From positions 1-14,076 of the forward strand of contig CDMY01000871.1 of assembly GCA_001179505.1 (NCBI GenBank): a DNA stretch of 14,076 nt, given 5' to 3'. The DNA comes from Vitrella brassicaformis CCMP3155 (lineage: Eukaryota > Protista > Chromerida). Position numbers and translations under genes: made by a program. The notes under the pieces were generated by a model. That model saw only the letters and a list, made by a program, of their open reading frames with translations. It ran no database searches and had not been told where the DNA came from. Positions 8,354 through 14,076 of the stretch are shown in pieces (position 1 is the first letter of the stretch; every line of letters starts with the position of its first letter).

Positions 8354-8416
8354 GAAGGGTTTTAAGCCCGAAGGGTTTGAACCCTTCCCATCGAGAGGCA
8401 CTCTTGAACCCTTCCC
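8354..8416. repeat. Cluster of GAAGGGTT/AACCCTTC inverted motifs between two divergent genes
   Basis: GAAGGGTT at 8354 and 8370; its reverse complement AACCCTTC at 8380 and 8407; perfect hairpin GAAGGGTT-TG-AACCCTTC at 8370-8387. Confidence 0.8.
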
Positions 8417-8455
8417 TTCCGCAACTCAGATCTGTTTGTTTCTGTGTGCGTTCAG

Positions 8456-9756
8456 GTTGAGGCTCGTTGGGAAGATGGATGCTGGAGGAAGAATCGGTAT
8501 GCAGCTGTGCACGGGAACTCGCCACGGCTACACACACACACGCGTGACGCCCGTTCTCAGCCACGACCTCCTCATCCGCTTGTTCGGCTTCCTCTGTCCT
8601 TTCGACCTCTCGCGGCTCCTTCCCGCCCTCTCGGCACCCCTTATCATCCGCGCCTTCAGACGCTACACGCACAGGGCTGGGGAGAGGAGGCTGTGGGAGG
8701 ATCTGCAGCCGACCGAGGCCTTCACATGGGGGAGGCAGCTGTCCTTCTCAGAGAGCTGCGCGTCGTGCTGCCGAATGGAGCGCCCAGGTGGTGCATGGCG
8801 GTGTGGGTGGCAGTGGCGGTGTTGGAAGGCCATGCAGAAGGAAGGCGACAACTGGTTCGCCGCGAGTTGGCCAACCGAGTCAGCAGCGGGATGCTGATGG
8901 GGAGCCTTACCCATTGGGCAACACCGTGTCAGCTTCCTACCGGCACTCGAGCAGGTCGTTGGGATGCCTCTCAGCTGTGCGCTCCTTCGACACGACCGCC
9001 ATTGGTCCTGTCGGTGCTGGGCTTGACAACCATGACATGGACACCACTCGCCTGGGCCACCAGGAGCATGACTTCGCGGACCCCTCTTCCCGCTGAGTGA
9101 AGGCCACTCACTAGAGGCCGTCGACGAGGACTTTTCCACCCACGACAGCAACCTGGCCCTCAAGACGGAGATCATCAGCCTGCTGCCGAAGCGCCGCTCG
9201 CTCAGCCGTCTGCAGGAGTTGCCTCAAGGCGTACAACTACATGGTGCACCAGGTGGATCAGCTCCGCGACGCCCTCGTTGCCAGGGGCTGCCACCGATCT
9301 GTGCGGAGCATGCCCATCCATCTCGGCTGCCATCTCGCCTTGGACAACATCCGCTATGTGGAGCATCTGGCGGACCTGTCCATGGCCGTCACGAACCCGG
9401 AGGCGCTGTGGGGCCAGCCGCAGATTGTCAGCGAGGGAGGCGAGATCGATGCCGGCGTGAGATCAATTCGGTGTCATCACAGCAGCAGGGCGGCTCTCGC
9501 GGCCAAGTACGTGAGGGAGTACGCCTGCGCTGCTGTCTTGGTTCGGCTTTCCTTCTCCGATCCCGGTCGTGATGTCGGGTCGCATGACAAGTGGCCGGGT
9601 GTGTTCCCCGCTGCCGAGTCGCTCGTCATATCTGCCGATGAGGCCGACAACAACCACAACGACAGTGACAGAGATGACCTCCGGGTGCAGGAGGCCGTGT
9701 CGATTGTGGCCAGCGCCGAGTCACGTGACGTTCAAGGGCGGTGTGCATGTTCCTGA
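8456..9756 (+). pseudogene. Frameshifted gene, probably from a lineage-specific expanded family; function unknown
   Basis: Protein-like segments switch frames: HDLLIRLFGFL...RRYTH...RRLWEDLQPTEAFTWGRQL, then LRELRVVLPNGAPRWCMAVWVAVAVLEGHAEGRR, then HQEHDFADPSSR*, then VDQLRDALVARGCHRS... to TGA 9754-9756. Intron-like segment 8497-8560 (GTATGC...TTCTCAG). It recalls a highly expanded Vitrella family from memory only; the 5' structure is uncertain. Confidence 0.55.
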
Positions 9757-9814
9757 CCGCTCTCCAGTCGGCACGTGGGGGCAGTGGAGAGCTGCAGGCT
9801 GGAGCCATCCATTG

Positions 9815-10200
9815 CGAGCTGCAGGACATCACCGGCACCGCCGGCGGCACCACTCTCAAAGTCAAAGGCGACACCGCATATGTCACCGGATCCTGCCACA
9901 AGGTCGGTCACTGCAGTGCAGTGGGGTGCCTGCCTTCATGGCTGAATGTGTGTGTGTGTGTGTGTGCGGTCACTTTGAGACTCAGTGTGCGTATCACGTG
10001 GGCGAGACGGTCATGAGTCTGCAGCAGTGTCGGCTGTCGTCGGCCACCAAGGAGGTCATCGTCTACGCCACCATCATGGGCTTCATCGGCGCACTCACAC
10101 CACTCGTCACGCGGGAAGACGTAGGCACACACAGTGCAGTGGATGGATGGATGCCATTGGATGGCTGTGTATGTGTGTGTCCATGTCGGTTCGATTCGAC
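9815..10200 (+). pseudogene. SF3B3: 5'-truncated duplicate of the SF3B3 3' end (contig D end), starting mid-exon
   Basis: Identity to 11966 onward begins abruptly at 9815 inside a contig; acceptor is CAC (9971-9973) instead of CAG; 9827-10200 reads identically to 13057-13430. Confidence 0.8.
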
Positions 10201-10528
10201 NNNNNNNNNNNNNNNNNNNNNNNNNNNNNNNNNNNNNNNNNNNNNNNNNNNNNNNNNNNNNNNNNNNNNNNNNNNNNNNNNNNNNNNNNNNNNNNNNNNN
10301 NNNNNNNNNNNNNNNNNNNNNNNNNNNNNNNNNNNNNNNNNNNNNNNNNNNNNNNNNNNNNNNNNNNNNNNNNNNNNNNNNNNNNNNNNNNNNNNNNNNN
10401 NNNNNNNNNNNNNNNNNNNNNNNNNNNNNNNNNNNNNNNNNNNNNNNNNNNNNNNNNNNNNNNNNNNNNNNNNNNNNNNNNNNNNNNNNNNNNNNNNNNN
10501 GCCCATGTGTGTGTCTTGTGTTGGTCAG

Positions 10529-12688
10529 CCTGGCAAGCCGGAGATCAAGACGGAGGATGTCGTCAGGAAGGAAGAAGAGGTCAGCACATTTCATCATTCG
10601 CACACACCACAACCACACACATACCGCCGCATCACTTCGGCTGTCTCTCTCTTCTCTGTGTGTGTGCAGGATTTGCCCGAGACTCAGGTGGGGATGTTCC
10701 GCGCCGGCGAGGGCAAGTGGGGGTCGTGCATACGCGTCATCGACCCAGTGCAGGTGACTTACTTGACCTCATAAAGACACAACACACACAGACATTTGGC
10801 ATTTGGATGGATGAGCACCATGCCCCCTCTCTCCCTCTCTCTCTTTCTCTTTCTCTCAGAACACCGTCTGCTGCAAGCTGGACCTCGACGTGGACGAGGC
10901 GGCGCTCAGGTGGGTAGTGTTGTGAGCCTCTGTCTGTCCCCTGATATATGTGGGTGGGGTGCGTGTGTCGATGGCTATCCATCCGTGTGGCTGGGTTCAT
11001 GCGGTGCGTGTCTGCAGTTGCGCGGTGGTTCAGTTTGAGGAGGCCGTGGCGCCCTGCCTGGTCGTTGGCATCGTCTACGGCATGACCATCAGGCCCAGGA
11101 AGGTGTGTGTGTATGGGATGCGATGTGATGTGCGTGCCACACACACGTCAGCCAGTCAGCCGTCCACCTGAATGCTCGTGTGGTCGTCAGGTGCCCCGTG
11201 CGGCCATCAAGGTCTACAGCTACAACGAGCAGTACCAGCTCGAGCTCGTACACACGGTGGGGAAAGAAAGACCTGCAGACACACAGACAGACAGACAGAC
11301 AGAGGACAGGCAGGCAGCCAGGTTGTGGATCGGACCACGTGTGTGGCTGTGGCTGTGGGCGTGGACGGATGGCAGACGCCTTGCGAGGAGCACCCGACCT
11401 GCTTCTGTCCGTTCCACGGCCGCCTGCTGGTGGGCGTCGGCAACCACCTCAGGGTCTACTCACTCGGACGGAAACGGCTCCTCAGGAAATGCGAATACAA
11501 GGTGGGTATGCGTCTCCTCAGGCGGCTGATGAGCGCAGGCAGGCCACATCAAGGAATCCGTGGACACACCTGTCAATCCTTTTTGTATGTGTGTCGTGTT
11601 TGTGTGTCGTGTGTGTTGTCGTGTGTGTGCAGAATCTGCCGATGGGCATCAGCTGGATCAAGGTGGTCGGCGACCGCATATTCCTCGGCGACATGCAGGA
11701 TTCCGTCCACGTGCTCAAGTACAGGTCTGTTGGTTGGGGTGTGGAGTGCACTGCAGAGGAGAGAGACTCATGATGCGCACATGTGGCTTCCTTCTCTCTG
11801 TGATCTGACAATTAGGGGTGCGGACAATTCGTTATACGTGCTGTGTGACGACGTGGTGCCGCGGTACCTGACGTGCGGCGAGGTGGTCGACTACAGGACG
11901 GTCGTCATGGGCGATAAGTTCGACTCCTTCTACGTGGCCAGGGTGCCCGAGGAGGCCTCCGAAGACGAGCTGCAGGACATCACCGGCACCGCCGGCGGCA
12001 CCACTCTCAAAGTCAAAGGCGACACCGCATATGTCACCGGATCCTGCCACAAGGTCGGTCACTGCAGTGCAGTGGGGTGCCTGCCTTCATGGCTGAATGT
12101 GTGTGTGTGTGTGTGTGTGTGCGGTCAGTTTGAGACTCAGTGTGCGTATCACGTGGGCGAGACGGTCATGAGTCTGCAGCGGTGTCGGCTGTCGTCGGCC
12201 ACCAAGGAGGTCATCGTCTACGCCACCATCATGGGCTCCATCGGCGCACTCACACCACTCGTCACGCGGGAAGACGTAGGCACACACAGTGCAGTGGATG
12301 GATGGATGCCATTGGATGGCTGTGTATGTGTGTGTCCATGTCGGTTCGATTCGACCGACCGACCAGGTTGACTTCTTTCAGCACTTGGAGCTGCACCTGC
12401 GTCAGGAGAAGCCCCCGCTGTGCGGCAGAGACCACATCATGTTCAGATCATACTACACACCTGTCAAAGTGAGGCCAGCCCACCAGCCCACTAAATGACA
12501 CGACACACACACGCATCTCTCATTGTGTTCTGCGTGTGTCCACACGGCAGAATGTGGTCGACGGCGATTTGTGTGAGCAGTACCTGTCGCTGCCGCCGGC
12601 CAAGCAGGAGGAGATCGCCGCTGAGCTCGACAAAGTGCCGGCCGATATCATCAAGAAACTCGAGGACCTCAGGAACCAAATACTCTGA
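10529..12688 (+). CDS. SF3B3: Splicing factor 3B subunit 3 (SAP130/Rse1), C-terminal 11 exons: 10529-10579, 10670-10753, 10860-10909, 11018-11102, 11191-11256, 11376-11501, 11633-11724, 11816-12053, 12129-12275, 12367-12468, 12551-12688
   Basis: All introns are GT-AG and phase-compatible. The spliced product has SF3B3 hallmarks: [122 protein letters not shown]. The 5' part is not in the window. Confidence 0.95.
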
Positions 12689-13056
12689 CGGCCACACTGA
12701 CTCATCGACCGAGCCGACCTGAGGTGGTGCGGACATCGACGTGCGTGTGCGTGTGTNNNNNNNNNNNNNNNNNNNNNNNNNNNNNNNNNNNNNNNNNNNN
12801 NNNNNNNNNNNNNNNNNNNNNNNNNNNNNNNNNNNNNNNNNNNNNNNNNNNNNNNNNNNNNNNNNNNNNNNNNNNNNNNNNNNNNNNNNNNNNNNNNNNN
12901 NNNNNNNNNNNNNNNNNNNNNNNNNNNNNNNNNNNNNNNNNNNNNNNNNNNNNNNNNNNNNNNNNNNNNNNNNNNNNNNNNNNNNNNNNNNNNNNNNNNN
13001 NNNNNNNNNNNNNNNNNNNNNNNNNNNNNNNNNNNNNNNNNNNNNNNNNNNNNNNN

Positions 13057-13763
13057 CATCACCGGCACCGCCGGCGGCACCACTCTCAAAGTCAAAGGCG
13101 ACACCGCATATGTCACCGGATCCTGCCACAAGGTCGGTCACTGCAGTGCAGTGGGGTGCCTGCCTTCATGGCTGAATGTGTGTGTGTGTGTGTGTGCGGT
13201 CACTTTGAGACTCAGTGTGCGTATCACGTGGGCGAGACGGTCATGAGTCTGCAGCAGTGTCGGCTGTCGTCGGCCACCAAGGAGGTCATCGTCTACGCCA
13301 CCATCATGGGCTTCATCGGCGCACTCACACCACTCGTCACGCGGGAAGACGTAGGCACACACAGTGCAGTGGATGGATGGATGCCATTGGATGGCTGTGT
13401 ATGTGTGTGTCCATGTCGGTTCGATTCGACCGACCGACCAGGTTGACTTCTTTCAGCACTTGGAGCTGCACCTGCGTCAGGAGAAGCCCCCGCTGTGCGG
13501 CAGAGACCACATCATGTTCAGATCATACTACACACCTGTCAAAGTGAGGCCAGCCCACCAGCCCACTAAACCACACGACACACACACGCATCTCTCATTG
13601 TGTTCTGCGTGTGTCCACACGGCAGAATGTGGTCGACGGCGATTTGTGTGAGCAGTACCTGTCGCTGCCGCCGGCCAAGCAGGAGGAGATCGCCGCTGAG
13701 CTCGACGAAGTGCCGGCCGACATCATCAAGAAACTCGAGGACCTCAGGAACCAAATACTCTGA
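13057..13763 (+). pseudogene. SF3B3: Second reading of the SF3B3 3' duplicate (contig F): segments 13057-13132, 13204-13350, 13442-13543, 13626-13763
   Basis: About 99% identical to 11978-12688 but with acceptor AG->AC (13202-13203), R->Q, S->F, K->E, one synonymous change, a 2-nt intronic change and a shorter (GT)n; shares its variants with 9815-10200. Confidence 0.75.
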
Positions 13764-14076
13764 CGGCCACACTGACTCATCGACCGAGCCGACCTGAGGT
13801 GGTGCGGACATCGACGTGCGTGTGCGTGTGTGATGGGACACCATGATGTGATGTGCACTTTATGGAATCGAATACAAGCAAAGGAAGATTCATTCGATTC
13901 AACCAGAGAGACAGGGAAGTCCACATGCAGTGCAAGATCGAGACACCAGATATATATATAATGCAGCCAGCGATCGAACGGAAGGTCCATGCTATCCTAC
14001 AACGACGGATGTCTATTTGTGACGCCATCTGTCTCATCAAGCTTCCTCTCTCTCCCCTCCCCCCCTCTCCCCTCTC

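Larger units (their letters stand above)
1206..13056. other. Five scaffold gaps of exactly 300 N: 1206-1505, 3798-4097, 6665-6964, 10201-10500, 12757-13056
   Basis: Identical gap length indicates placeholders; the flanks of four gaps are duplicated elsewhere in the window. Confidence 0.97.

Noticed and set aside
9569-13547. Long ORF-track entries across SF3B3 (9569-10774, 11172-12371, 12724-13446)
   Set aside because: They read through introns and N gaps (CVCVCV/HTHT from microsatellites); the spliced model explains the region.
9815-13763. Three tandem functional SF3B3 3' modules, alternative terminal exons, or a U12 AT-AC intron
   Set aside because: Two readings are the same sequence at contig ends; the AC acceptor pairs with an ordinary GT donor unchanged from the GT-AG copy, so it is a point mutation rather than a minor-class intron.

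Overview
Eukaryotic, GC-rich, intron-dense draft scaffold. Short GT-AG introns full of (GT)n/(CA)n/(GACA)n resemble a protist such as the chromerid Vitrella; that taxon call is inference. Five gaps of exactly 300 N split it into six contigs (A 1-1205, B 1506-3797, C 4098-6664, D 6965-10200, E 10501-12756, F 13057-14076), and several contig ends overlap, so much apparent duplication is unmerged variant sequence. (1) 1-5438, minus strand: merging the overlaps gives one stop-free ORF of about 1000 codons running off the left edge. It has two RING-like Cys clusters, an OTU-like cysteine-protease motif set, two CxxCxxxCHxxC motifs, an 8-aa coiled-coil repeat, a Gly/Pro linker, then the 'LL..P.LL...RGG......F.RF..GEW' motif I recognise as preceding the RT of CRE-like non-LTR retrotransposons. 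The best reading is a young multi-copy retroelement carrying a ubiquitin writer/eraser-like module; this is the main finding. The RT itself is not in the window. (2) 5959-9756: three disabled-looking genes (a membrane-protein ORF with an internal TAG, a 3-exon minus-strand gene with an internal TAA, a frameshifted gene), with a palindromic motif cluster between the last two. (3) 10529-12688: the last 11 exons of SF3B3 (SAP130/Rse1), plus a 5'-truncated, about 99% identical duplicate of its 3' end with an AG->AC acceptor mutation, seen twice (9815-10200 and 13057-13763).
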